Positions 8,835 to 18,451 of a stretch of 64,000 nucleotides of DNA are shown here, one piece after another (the stretch's first letter is position 1; every line of letters begins with the position of its first letter). The notes below the pieces were generated by a model, which saw nothing but the letters and a program-made list of their open reading frames with translations, was not told the origin of the DNA and searched no databases. Source of the stretch: Candidatus Poribacteria bacterium (GTDB lineage Bacteria > Poribacteria > WGA-4E > GCA-2687025); NCBI GenBank assembly GCA_963665845.2, contig OY762492.1, forward strand, positions 2,464,001-2,528,000, read 5' to 3'. The translations under genes and the position numbers were made by a program.

Positions 8835-9491
8835 ATGTCGGTTAAATCTTCATCCGTGTCGGGCGTTTCGATGAGAGAAGAACCTTCCAATCCCATGTCG
8901 GACGAGGAGGATCTTTGGTGGCTTCAGGCTCTGCAGAATGGCGACGAAGCCGGCTTTAATTACGTGTATGAGCGTTATCGGCGGCAAATTTACTCGCGCG
9001 TGTACCAGGTTTTGAAGAACCATCAGGACGCGGAGGAGGCGTCGCAAAACACGTTCATGCGCATCTGGCAAAAGAGCCATCTTTGGGACCCGCGCATCGG
9101 CAAGTTTTCGTCCTGGATTGGACAAATTGCGACCAATGCGGCGCTGGATATTCTCCGCAAAAACGTGAAGCTGCGGTCGCGCGAACGCCTTGCCTACGGA
9201 GACGAAGACGGCGAAGAGACGCTGCATCGATACCCGGACGAGCGCCCCCTGCCGGACGCGATACTTGAAGCGGAGGAGCGCATGAACCTGATCGTCGATT
9301 CGCTTGAGATGGTGCAGAAAGAAAATCATCGGGAGGCGGTGAAAATGCGCCACCTGAAAGAGATGAGCATCGCCGAAATCGCGGAAGCGATGGGTCAAAA
9401 AGAAAACACGGTGAAGGTGTGGATACACCGCGGACTGGCGGAATGGCAAAAGATACTGCGGCGCCGAGGATTAAGCCCAGACAGCATCTAG
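8835..9491 (+). CDS. ECF (RpoE-like) RNA polymerase sigma factor
   Basis: Region 2 DAEEASQNTF..W..IATNAALD; region 4 SIAEIAEAMG..ENTVKVWIHRG. Confidence 0.92.
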   Translation: MSVKSSSVSGVSMREEPSNPMSDEEDLWWLQALQNGDEAGFNYVYERYRRQIYSRVYQVLKNHQDAEEASQNTFMRIWQKSHLWDPRIGKFSSWIGQIATNAALDILRKNVKLRSRERLAYGDEDGEETLHRYPDERPLPDAILEAEERMNLIVDSLEMVQKENHREAVKMRHLKEMSIAEIAEAMGQKENTVKVWIHRGLAEWQKILRRRGLSPDSI

Positions 9492-9574
9492 GAGTTGTCA
9501 ATTTTGATGAATGGCATCATTAAAGTTTATCGGAACGCTGAAACTCTCCGACGAACGGGATATGGAGGGAGACG

Positions 9575-10639
9575 ATGAAAATGAGAGACCATCGCCAAGA
9601 GAATCTGAGAGAGCGGGAAATGGCGGACGCCATTGAAGCGTACACCCGCCATCTCTCCGGCGCCGAACTGACGCGCGGCGAACGCAGCGCGCTTGAAAAA
9701 TGGACAGGCGAGCATGAATTTGAAGAAATGAAGCGAACCGTCCTGCTGCTCCGCCGCGCCGTTAAAGCGGAATCGAACGGAGAAGGCATACCGGCGGAAC
9801 GCGACGAACGGATGCGCGTCTATCTTCTGGAGCAGTTCCGCAGCTACCGCCATGCGCAGCGCGCCGCATGGAGCCTCGCCGAAGCGGCGGCTCCCATGCC
9901 GGCAGGGGCGGACAGCGAACTGGCGCAAACCTGCTACTCCGACGCGCCGCCGATCAACGACCCCTCCGCCTTCGCGCGGCCGGGTACGGCGGTTGACTCC
10001 CCCTCCTCGACAGCCCGCTCGGAACGGGTCTCGGTTCAGCTGGAGGTGTTCGACGGAATGGAGCCGCGCGAAATGGAGATCATCCTCTACGAGGCGGTCT
10101 TCGGGCGCGCGTTCCCATCCGCGCTGCTCATTGAGGGCGACCCGCAGGTTTCCAGACGGCACGCGCGCGTCCTCCTGCTGGACGGCTCGCCCGTCATCTC
10201 CGACATCGGAAGCCAGAACGGCACCTCCGTCAACGGCGTTCAGGTCAATGAGCCGACGCAACTGGATGTCGGCTATATCGTCGGAATGGGGCGGACGCAG
10301 CTGAAGGTTGAGCAGATCGAGTCGGAAACGCGCGGATACGCCCGCGTCGTCTTCAGCTCGGAGCATGGCGACCGTTACCGCGTCGACTTGAGCGAAGCGG
10401 TCGTCGGCAGAAGCCGAAAGCAGTCGACCATGCCCCTGGAGGACAGCTCCGACCGCATGTCGCGCCGGCACGCCCGCCTGGACCTGTCGGACGGGCAGGT
10501 GTATTTGACCGACCTGAACAGCCGAAACGGCTCCATCGTGAACGGGGAGCGCATCGAAGGCTCCATCGCGCTGGACCCTGAAATGGTGATTCAGATGGGC
10601 GGAGCGAAACTGCGCGTCGTCGGCATTGCGCGGGATTGA
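9575..10639 (+). CDS. Protein with an anti-sigma-like N-terminus and two FHA domains
   Basis: FHA1 FGR..VSRRHA..SQNGT; FHA2 VGR..MSRRHA..SRNGS; N-terminal helical LSGAELTRGERSALEKW; no TM segment seen. Confidence 0.85.
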   Translation: MKMRDHRQENLREREMADAIEAYTRHLSGAELTRGERSALEKWTGEHEFEEMKRTVLLLRRAVKAESNGEGIPAERDERMRVYLLEQFRSYRHAQRAAWSLAEAAAPMPAGADSELAQTCYSDAPPINDPSAFARPGTAVDSPSSTARSERVSVQLEVFDGMEPREMEIILYEAVFGRAFPSALLIEGDPQVSRRHARVLLLDGSPVISDIGSQNGTSVNGVQVNEPTQLDVGYIVGMGRTQLKVEQIESETRGYARVVFSSEHGDRYRVDLSEAVVGRSRKQSTMPLEDSSDRMSRRHARLDLSDGQVYLTDLNSRNGSIVNGERIEGSIALDPEMVIQMGGAKLRVVGIARD

Positions 10640-11600
10640 CCCGAAAGCGAAGCGACTTTTCAACGAAGCGGCCTCGGCGTACCGGCAGGGCGACTACAGA
10701 CGCAGCGCCGAGGCCTACCAAGCGGGTATGCAGCTTTGCGCCGCGCCTCCCCCGAACGCCTACCTTGATCTTGCCAAGCCGCTGGAAATCCTCGGCGAGT
10801 GGGACGCCGCGCTGGACGCTCTCCGCGCGGCGCTGGATATCATGCCGAACAACCCGACCGCCTTGCGCCGTTACGCGCGCGTCTCTCAAGAAAAAGAGGC
10901 GTTTGAATCGCTCGTCCATAGCCTGAACCGCCCCGCGCCGCCCGACGCCCCCATGTACAACGTATCGACGGAGGAGGGCGTTTTGCCGGCGGCGGGGCAG
11001 ACGGCGCAGACAGCGCTGCGTCTGGCATGGGGCGATTTTGCCGCCGCGTTTGGATACCGCGTTCAAGGCGATCTTCGCGTTCAGCTGGCGTTGTCGCGCC
11101 AAGCCCGCGCGGACCTTCCGATCTGGGCGGCGGGCTTGACGCGCGGAAACCGCGTTTCTCTTTTTTTACACCGAGCCGACCCCGACATCGGCATGCTGGT
11201 CTCGCTTCTGCGCCATGAGTTTGTCCATGCGGCATTGAACGAGGCGGCGCCGGGGCGCTGCCCGGTATGGCTGGAGGAGGCGTTTGCCGAAGCGTTTGCG
11301 AAACCGATGATGGCATGGGAGCGGGAACTGCTGGCGGCGGACGCGGCGCTGGGGCGTCTTCATCCGTTTGAAGAGCTGACAAGCCCGCTCATGACGCTCC
11401 CGCGCGGCGAGGCGAAGGCGGCGTATCGGCAATGCGCGGCGCTGGGGGATATGCTCCTGCGCGGCGGGGACGCGGAAATGCCGGCGCGGCTCTTCGCCGG
11501 TTTGGCGCGCGGAGAGGCGGTGGACGACCTGTTTCTTGCGGCGGTCGGTCGGTCGGCGCTAGAATTGCAGCAGGCGCTGTTTGAGTCGATCATCGGTTGA
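10626..11600 (+). CDS. TPR + peptidase MA-like zinc metallopeptidase domain protein
   Basis: N-terminal TPR helices; LRHEFVH followed by PVWLEEAFAE. Confidence 0.75.
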   Translation: MRGIDPKAKRLFNEAASAYRQGDYRRSAEAYQAGMQLCAAPPPNAYLDLAKPLEILGEWDAALDALRAALDIMPNNPTALRRYARVSQEKEAFESLVHSLNRPAPPDAPMYNVSTEEGVLPAAGQTAQTALRLAWGDFAAAFGYRVQGDLRVQLALSRQARADLPIWAAGLTRGNRVSLFLHRADPDIGMLVSLLRHEFVHAALNEAAPGRCPVWLEEAFAEAFAKPMMAWERELLAADAALGRLHPFEELTSPLMTLPRGEAKAAYRQCAALGDMLLRGGDAEMPARLFAGLARGEAVDDLFLAAVGRSALELQQALFESIIG

Positions 11601-11620
11601 GAGGAATGGTGCGTTGAAAG

Positions 11621-14326
11621 ATGAACCGATTTCAAAACGCAAAATGCGCAATGTTCCTGGTCGCCGCTTTATTGGTCGCATTCGCTGTTCGCTCCGCCGC
11701 TTCAGAGTTCAAAGCCCAGCTTCAGCTCAAGGAGGGGGTCAATATCACCTATCTGCCGCTTCATGACGATCGGGCGTCTTCTGTCGGAAAGCTGCGCGAG
11801 CTTCTAGGCGGCGGCGCCGCGGATGCGATCCTCCTCTTAAATCAAAACGGCCTTTTTGAGCTGGCCAGGGACGAAGCGGCTTTCAGTCCGAGTCAAGCGT
11901 TCATTGCTGTCATGAAGCAGGCGACGACCGTTGAAGTTCAAGGTACCGCTCATCCGCCCGTTCTCAATCTGCGGGAGGGGTTGAACATTGCGGTCGTCCC
12001 GCGCCGATCTCAAGACATTCGTTTCATGTCAGACATCGCTGGTTTGTCGGACGCAATAGACACGATCGTGTACGCTTCAGACGACTCTGGTCTGTTTCAA
12101 ACCTATCCGCCTTATGATCAATCATTGAGCGGCGGCGTCAGCTTTTTTGTGATCGCAAACCGATCGGCGTCCATACCTTTTTTAGGGGAGCCATGGGGGA
12201 ATCCTGTAGTCGTGTCGGATCATCTAGCGGAGCTGCTGGAGGGCGTTGAAGGGATCGGCTCGCCTGGTTTGCCGGGACCGCTCAGCTTGATCGGGGAGAA
12301 CGTTTTCCCTGTTGCGGCGGGAAAAACATCCAACGACAACGACAACAACATTCAGGCTCCGGTTGTCGGGGCGGCGTTTATTGGAAATGGGCGGGCAGTC
12401 GCCTTTGGGCATGACGGGTATCTGTCGCCTGTAGGCGGTCGGCTCTTGTTGAACGCGGCGCGGTGGGCGGCCGCCGGGCGTTCGGGAGAGATCGGAGTTG
12501 TGAGGCTGCCCCAGTTGGCAAGGTTTTTAAACGACGCTGGATTGAAAACCGCCGAAATAGACGACGTTTCCGATGCTGATCAGCTAAACCGTTATGCCGC
12601 CGTATGCGTTGGAACGCATATCTTCACGCGCAACATGAGCGCGGAGGAGATCCGCGCGGTTCGAGCTTATGTGGATGCGGGGGGCGGACTCGTAACGGCC
12701 GGCCTCGGATGGGGATGGCTTCAGCTGAACCCCGGCAAGACGATTCAAGAGCATCCCGGCAACCAGCTGCTCGGCGACAAGGGGATTCTATGGGGCGATG
12801 GGTTTCTTTACAAAATAACGCCTCAACGCGGCATACAGCATCTCAATGTTCTAAAAGCGATGGAGCTGTTGCAAGCGGGCGGCGGAACGAACGAAGAAAA
12901 AGCGCAAGCCGCTTGGCTGGTGAACCATGCCCTGCGGACCCTTCCCTATGACGACAAACTTCTTCGGCCGAAGATTGTCGATCTAGCGCCTGCCGGCGCG
13001 CGAACGTACCCGCGTCCGGACGCTTCGCTGACGCCTGCCCAAGCGGGCGACTGGATTGCGCTGACGAACGAGATCACCGCGCTGGAACAGACGCCGCCGC
13101 AGGAAATCGAGGCGCATCCGGCGGCAAAATACTTTCCCGGCGAGGTTCCGTCCGGCGCCGCAACCGAGACGGCGGTCGTCCCTGTCCCGCTCAATATACA
13201 TGGCTGGCGCAGTACGGGACTATACGCGGCGCCGGGCGCGCTTATTGAAATCAATGTAGCCGACAGCGCCATCGGCATCGGTCTCAAAGCGCGCATCGGC
13301 GCGCACACCGACACGCTTTGGCATAAAACGGAATGGAGGCGCGCTCCGCAGATTGCAACCTCAACGGAAATCAACGCCGCGCGAACCTTCACAGCAAACG
13401 CTTTCGGCGGACTCGTCTATATCGATGCGCCGCCCAACCAACCTGCCCGTACCGTCAACGTTACGATTAAGGGAGCTGTTCTGGCGCCTCACTACATACT
13501 GGACGAAACGAACATCCAGGAATGGCGGAGCTCCATACGGAACCGCCCAGGGCCATGGGCGGAGCTTGAAACGGACCGCATCGTTTTGACGGTACCCTCC
13601 TCGGCTATTCGCAGCCTAGACAATCCGTATGAGTTAATGCGGTTCTGGAGGAGCGTGGTAGAGGCATGCGCAGATCTGGCGTCCGAACCTGCGCCGCGGA
13701 CGCGCCCGGAGCGGATTGTCCCCGACACGCAAATTTCCGCCGGGTATATGCATTCCGGGTATCCGATCATGACGCATATGGATGTTGCGGAGCGGTCGGT
13801 CAACCTTGCGCAGATGCTTCAAGGCAGCTGGGGGCATTTCCATGAGCTTGGGCATAACTTTCAATCGCGCAACTGGACATTCGACGGGGCGGGGGAGGTG
13901 ACCGTCAACCTGTTCACGCTTTATGTGTATGAAACCGTCTGCGGGATACCGCTCCATGAAGCATACCCGCGCGGCCAACCGCACGATGCGATGGCGCCCG
14001 AACTGATACTGCAAGCCGCGCGTCAGCATGCCGCCGCCGGCGCGCCCTTCGACAAATGGAAATCGGACCCGTTTTTAGCCCTTAAGATGTACGCGCAGAT
14101 GATCAAAGTGTTTGGATACGATCCGTTCAAACGAGTCTTCGCTGGATACAGCGCGCCTATTCGAAACGACAATGAGAAACGGGATCAGTGGATGACGCGC
14201 TTTTCAAATCAGGTCGGACGAAATCTCGGACCCTTTTTTCAAGCATGGGGCGTGCCGACCTCCAGCGGAGCGCGGGCTTCTATACAACATCTGCCGGTCT
14301 GGCTGCCGGCGCCGTTTGATGAATGA
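11621..14326 (+). CDS. Secreted M60-family (enhancin/TCAF-like) metallopeptidase
   Basis: Signal peptide; STGLYAAPG, FGGLVY, PWAEL, QISAGYMHSGYP, WGHFHELGHN, EVTVN. Confidence 0.9.
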   Translation: MNRFQNAKCAMFLVAALLVAFAVRSAASEFKAQLQLKEGVNITYLPLHDDRASSVGKLRELLGGGAADAILLLNQNGLFELARDEAAFSPSQAFIAVMKQATTVEVQGTAHPPVLNLREGLNIAVVPRRSQDIRFMSDIAGLSDAIDTIVYASDDSGLFQTYPPYDQSLSGGVSFFVIANRSASIPFLGEPWGNPVVVSDHLAELLEGVEGIGSPGLPGPLSLIGENVFPVAAGKTSNDNDNNIQAPVVGAAFIGNGRAVAFGHDGYLSPVGGRLLLNAARWAAAGRSGEIGVVRLPQLARFLNDAGLKTAEIDDVSDADQLNRYAAVCVGTHIFTRNMSAEEIRAVRAYVDAGGGLVTAGLGWGWLQLNPGKTIQEHPGNQLLGDKGILWGDGFLYKITPQRGIQHLNVLKAMELLQAGGGTNEEKAQAAWLVNHALRTLPYDDKLLRPKIVDLAPAGARTYPRPDASLTPAQAGDWIALTNEITALEQTPPQEIEAHPAAKYFPGEVPSGAATETAVVPVPLNIHGWRSTGLYAAPGALIEINVADSAIGIGLKARIGAHTDTLWHKTEWRRAPQIATSTEINAARTFTANAFGGLVYIDAPPNQPARTVNVTIKGAVLAPHYILDETNIQEWRSSIRNRPGPWAELETDRIVLTVPSSAIRSLDNPYELMRFWRSVVEACADLASEPAPRTRPERIVPDTQISAGYMHSGYPIMTHMDVAERSVNLAQMLQGSWGHFHELGHNFQSRNWTFDGAGEVTVNLFTLYVYETVCGIPLHEAYPRGQPHDAMAPELILQAARQHAAAGAPFDKWKSDPFLALKMYAQMIKVFGYDPFKRVFAGYSAPIRNDNEKRDQWMTRFSNQVGRNLGPFFQAWGVPTSSGARASIQHLPVWLPAPFDE

Positions 14327-14365
14327 TGCGCCGCCATGAGTTTTGTCCGCCGCGGCTGAAGGAAG

Positions 14366-14530
14366 ATGACCTCATCCTTAAAGTTAGAACTTTTGAACGA
14401 CCAAAGCCATTATTCATGGGGAAAAGCGCCGCCAACCGGATCGTTCCCCGCTTCCGCGAGGACATGCATTCCCGCGCAAGCGGGAATCCAGAGTTTCGGC
14501 TGAAACCGTCCGCATTCGCCAGAGCATTTG
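14366..14530. mobile_element. Degenerate MITE copy
   Basis: tgacctcatccttaaagtt end plus internal palindrome at 14468-14487; resembles the reverse complement of 22461-22650. Confidence 0.65.
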
Positions 14531-14557
14531 CAAAACCGATGACAAGGGAAAGCTCCC

Positions 14558-15115
14558 ATGCAGTACGACGATAGGCTATTTGAAAACCGAAACGACGGAC
14601 GCGGCGCCTGGGCGATTCGATGGATTCTGCGACGGTATGAAGGGCGGGCGCCTTGGAACTTCTGTTGGCGCATTACGATGGAGCATACTTTAATCGTTAT
14701 AGCCCTTGCGATAGCCTCTGGGCTGTTCCTTATGGCAAAGGATGTTTTGACTGGAGTTTCTACGGTTGTTGAAGATCATCCTCTCGAGCGCGAAGATCCT
14801 TTCACAATCCTTTTAGCGTCTCTCGTTTTCGCGCCCATTTCTGAAACGCTTCTGCTGCAGGCGCTGCCGATTATGATTGCGCGGAAATGCAAGGCTGGGC
14901 TTGGAATACAGGTATTGATTTCAGGCGTCCCGTTTGCGGCGCTGCATTTTTTCGATCTCTGGGTAGGAATTGTTGCAGGCATACCCGGCGGTCTTTATCT
15001 AGGGGTCGCCTACGCCCATTGGCGGCGCAAAAGCCTTTGGACGGCTCTCTGGATAACAACCGTCTCGCATGGGCTAAGGAATGTGCTGCCCGCCATCGCT
15101 ATGATCACGGCTTAA
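14558..15115 (+). CDS. CPBP (Abi/CAAX) family intramembrane protease-like protein, paralog 1
   Basis: APISETLLLQ, FAALH and HGLRN motifs; TM helices. Confidence 0.75.
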   Translation: MQYDDRLFENRNDGRGAWAIRWILRRYEGRAPWNFCWRITMEHTLIVIALAIASGLFLMAKDVLTGVSTVVEDHPLEREDPFTILLASLVFAPISETLLLQALPIMIARKCKAGLGIQVLISGVPFAALHFFDLWVGIVAGIPGGLYLGVAYAHWRRKSLWTALWITTVSHGLRNVLPAIAMITA

Positions 15116-15147
15116 GCGGGAGAGGGTCGTTCGGAAGGAAAGCGCAA

Positions 15148-15729
15148 ATGTTATACAATCCTAAACTGCCTAAAAACCGAAACGACGGGCGCGGCGCCTG
15201 GGCGGTTCGATGGCTCATGCGGCGGTATGAGGGGCGGACGCCTTGGAACTTCTGCTGGCGCATCGCGCTGGAGCAGACTTTAATCTCTATAGCCGTTGTG
15301 TTGTTCATGATAGCGTTTCTTGCAGCTATGGAGGCGTTGATCGGCGTTCAGGCTCCGGCTATTGGAGATGATTACCCTACCGGGATTGAAGACATCGTCT
15401 TAGAGGCGCTGCTGCTTCTCGTTCTCGCGCCCATTTTTGAGACGCTGGAGCTGCAGGCGCTGCCGATTTTTATTGCGCGGAAGCTCAAGGCGGGGCTTGG
15501 AGTACAGGTCTTGGTTTCAGGCGCGCTGTTTGCGGCGACGCATTTCTTGTTGAACGAGGACCCGATCGCGTCTGGATTAGCGGCGGGCGTACCAGGCGGC
15601 CTCTATCTAGGATTCGCTTACGCCTATTGGTGCAGGAAGTCGCACTGGACAGCAATGTGGGTCACTGCCGTTTCACATGCGTTAGCCAATGTGATCCCTG
15701 CCATGGCTGCCGTTGCCGAGGCGCTATGA
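15148..15729 (+). CDS. CPBP (Abi/CAAX) family intramembrane protease-like protein, paralog 2
   Basis: Start moved to ATG 15148 by alignment with paralog 1; APIFETLELQ, FAATH, HALAN. Confidence 0.75.
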   Translation: MLYNPKLPKNRNDGRGAWAVRWLMRRYEGRTPWNFCWRIALEQTLISIAVVLFMIAFLAAMEALIGVQAPAIGDDYPTGIEDIVLEALLLLVLAPIFETLELQALPIFIARKLKAGLGVQVLVSGALFAATHFLLNEDPIASGLAAGVPGGLYLGFAYAYWCRKSHWTAMWVTAVSHALANVIPAMAAVAEAL

Positions 15730-15739
15730 ACGGGAGAGG

Positions 15740-15777
15740 GTCGTTCGGGCGGCTGAAAGACCAACCGCCCGAACGAC
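15740..15777. terminator. Hairpin between convergent genes
   Basis: gtcgttcgggcgg...ccgcccgaacgac inverted repeat. Confidence 0.65.
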
Positions 15778-15787
15778 GCTGAATGTG

Positions 15788-17119
15788 TTATCCGGCGATC
15801 GGCAAGAAGTCCGGAATGACTTTTCCGCCATCAACGATCTTCATCGGTCGGCCGATGCGGGAGTAGTTCACCTTGGCGGGATCCACTCCGAACAGCCGGC
15901 AGAGCGAGAAGTAGAAATCCTGGACATTCACCGGATTGTCGACGATCTTCGTTCCGCCTTCGTTCGTCGCGCCGATGACTCGTCCGCCGACAAGCCCGCC
16001 GCCGGCGAGCGCGACCGTCCACCCGTTCGGCCAGTGGTCGCGTCCGTCGTTTTCGTTGATATTCGGCGTGCGCCCGAATTCGCCCATCCAGACGACCAGC
16101 GTATCGTCCAGCATGTCCCTGTCGTCCAGGTCCTTGATGAGCATTCCCATCGCCGGGTCAACGCTGCCGAGCAGGCTGTCGACTCGGTCGAAGTTGTTGT
16201 TGTGCGTGTCCCATCCGCCGAGCGAGACCTCCACGCATTTGACGCCGGCTTCCACAAGCCGCCGCGCCATGAGGCATCCCTGCCCGAAGTCGCTCATTCC
16301 GTACGCCTCGCGGATCGCCTTCGGCTCATGCTCCAGCTCAAACGCTTTCGTCAGCTCGGAATGGATCATCGTGTCCGCTTTTTCGTAGATCGCCTCGCGG
16401 TTCAGAACCTCGTCGCTGGTGCGCTTGGCGAACTGCTCGTTCAGGAAGGTGACGTAGCTGCGCCGCGCATTGAACCGGTTGCGGTACAGGTCGATGTCCG
16501 GATAGCCGATGTTTTCGACGCCTTCGCTCGGATTCGGAACGAAGAACGGGTCATGTTCCGCGCCGAGGTAGGCGGCGTCAAAGACGGGCGAGTTCAGCGC
16601 GACCGCGTTCGGAAGCGCAAAATCGCTGGAGCCGACTTCCGCCGAAAGGATCGACGCAAACGGCGGATGGCTCACCGAGTTGGTCGGCGCGTAACCCGTG
16701 TGCATCAGGTAACGGGCGCGGCTGTGGTTGCCTTCGCGCGTTTCCATGGAACGGATCAGCGTCAGATGTTTCGCTTGCTCGGCGACCATCGGCAGCCGGT
16801 CGGTCAGCTGAATGTCGGGGGCGCTCGTCTTGATGGTTTGGAACGTTCCGCCGTTTTTGTGATTCGGTTTCGGGTCGAAGGTGTCGGTTTGAGCCGGGCC
16901 GCCGTTCATAAACAGAACGATGCAGCTTTTGGCGGTCGGCGCAAACTGCGTCGGCAGCGTTTGACCCGCTTTCAGAAGGTCGTTCATGAAAATGGAGCCG
17001 AACAGTCCGTAGATGCCTGCTTTCAGAAAGGAACGGCGCTCCAGATGCTTGCCGAGCATATGCTCCTCATCTGTCTCGCCGGACGGTTGCGCAAACTCGT
17101 TTCGAATCTCGTCAGCCAT
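15788..17119 (-). CDS. DUF1501 domain protein
   Basis: RRSFLK Tat-like motif; LFMNGGPAQTDTFDPKP, GGWDTH, GEFGRTP, GRDHW. Confidence 0.9.
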   Translation of the reverse strand: MADEIRNEFAQPSGETDEEHMLGKHLERRSFLKAGIYGLFGSIFMNDLLKAGQTLPTQFAPTAKSCIVLFMNGGPAQTDTFDPKPNHKNGGTFQTIKTSAPDIQLTDRLPMVAEQAKHLTLIRSMETREGNHSRARYLMHTGYAPTNSVSHPPFASILSAEVGSSDFALPNAVALNSPVFDAAYLGAEHDPFFVPNPSEGVENIGYPDIDLYRNRFNARRSYVTFLNEQFAKRTSDEVLNREAIYEKADTMIHSELTKAFELEHEPKAIREAYGMSDFGQGCLMARRLVEAGVKCVEVSLGGWDTHNNNFDRVDSLLGSVDPAMGMLIKDLDDRDMLDDTLVVWMGEFGRTPNINENDGRDHWPNGWTVALAGGGLVGGRVIGATNEGGTKIVDNPVNVQDFYFSLCRLFGVDPAKVNYSRIGRPMKIVDGGKVIPDFLPIAG

Positions 17120-17644
17120 GCGGGGTCTCCTCTTCTTTCTGCTCTGCGTTCACGATCCGTATCGTCATATCTTGCGGCGTTCCGTTCGTTCAGCGGCGCC
17201 GTCGGGCTTGGCGCGTCCTTGCCCTCGCTCGTTTCTGCGCCGTTGACGTTGAAACGCTTTCTGCGCCAATCTGTCCAATCCTCGCTTCCATACACATATC
17301 ATATCATGGAACGGAGGGCGTTGTCCATCGAATGCGGTTTAATTGCCGCTACAAATATGAAGTTTTTATGTTCTTTATTCAACGCCCGCCGCATCTTTCC
17401 GTTTGGACGCATACGTCAAGGGAAAACGGCGGGAAAACAAAGCGCATTTCCGCTTTCTCTAACGGATACGCTGACAAAACGCCTGCGTTTCGGTATAATC
17501 ATATACTGAAAACGCCCGGCGGGTCAAGACTTAATCGCGACCTTGCCGCTACGGTTTCTGCGGCGCCTAAGATTCCCGCTTACGCGGGAATGACGATCTG
17601 GTTGGCGCGGCGCGGCGGACGATTCGCAGTTTGAGCTGTAGAGA

Positions 17645-18451
17645 ATGGAGAAAGCGATGCTGACAGACGCCCAAGCGGCGCAATTTCACCAAAACGGATT
17701 TCTGAACATCGGAAAAGTGTACACCGACGACGAATGCGCGGAGCTGCGCGACGAGCTGTTCCGCATCATGCATGACGAAACGGAGAAAAAGCCTGTCCTG
17801 AACCGCAACCTCGGCGGCAGGCAGGAGACGCCGGTCGTCCAGATTGTCAACATGTGGATGGCAAGCGACATGTACCTAGACCACGCGCGGAAAAAGCCGA
17901 TCGCCGAGGCGGTCGCGCAGCTGTGCGACACAAGCGAACTGCGCATCTGGCATGACCAGGCGCAGTATAAACCGCCGCGCGCCGGCGGACCGACCGGCTG
18001 GCATCAAGACCACCCGCTCTGGCCGACGATTCAGCCCGCCGACCTGATCTCCTCATGGACGCCTTTTGAAGACGCGACCATCGAAAACGGGTGCATGTGG
18101 ATGGTGCCGGGAAGCCACAAGTGGGGCAACCAGCAGCGGTTTCTCGGAACGCGCGAGCCGTTCCAGCCGATTCACCGCGACCCGTCCGAGCTGCCGGACG
18201 GCGCCTCCCTTGAAGCGGTTGCCTGCGAAGTGATGAAGGGCGAGTGCCATCTTCACCATTGCCTCACCTGGCATGGCAGCCCGCACAACCGCTCCGAACA
18301 TCCGCGCCCGGCGGTCGCGGTGCATTATATGCCGTCCCACACGCGCTACGATCCGGTCGGCGGGCATGTGATGGAGCCGTATGTGGAGGTGGAGAAGGGC
18401 GCGCGGCTGGAAGGCGAGTCGTTTCCTCTGGTGTACCAAACCGCCGGATGA
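17645..18451 (+). CDS. Phytanoyl-CoA dioxygenase (PhyH) family protein
   Basis: WHQD, ENGCMWMVPGSH, HGS..NRS...R. Confidence 0.9.
   Translation: MEKAMLTDAQAAQFHQNGFLNIGKVYTDDECAELRDELFRIMHDETEKKPVLNRNLGGRQETPVVQIVNMWMASDMYLDHARKKPIAEAVAQLCDTSELRIWHDQAQYKPPRAGGPTGWHQDHPLWPTIQPADLISSWTPFEDATIENGCMWMVPGSHKWGNQQRFLGTREPFQPIHRDPSELPDGASLEAVACEVMKGECHLHHCLTWHGSPHNRSEHPRPAVAVHYMPSHTRYDPVGGHVMEPYVEVEKGARLEGESFPLVYQTAG

Noticed and set aside
9527-10663. 378-aa minus-strand ORF and similar long antisense ORFs (e.g. 46622-47671, 33689-34558)
   Set aside because: They fully overlap well-supported genes on the other strand
14887-15147. Longer start for the second CPBP gene; likewise 18244 (miaA), 33458 (argB), 43360 (tadA), 34814 (mqnC), 52523
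   Set aside because: The extensions overlap upstream genes, tRNAs or repeats; downstream ATGs fit the family N-termini
17023-17295. 90-aa ORF upstream of DUF1501
   Set aside because: Overlaps the DUF1501 start out of frame, with no recognisable motif or RBS
15713-17509. 598-aa plus-strand ORF
   Set aside because: Antisense shadow of the DUF1501 gene in GC-rich DNA; no motifs
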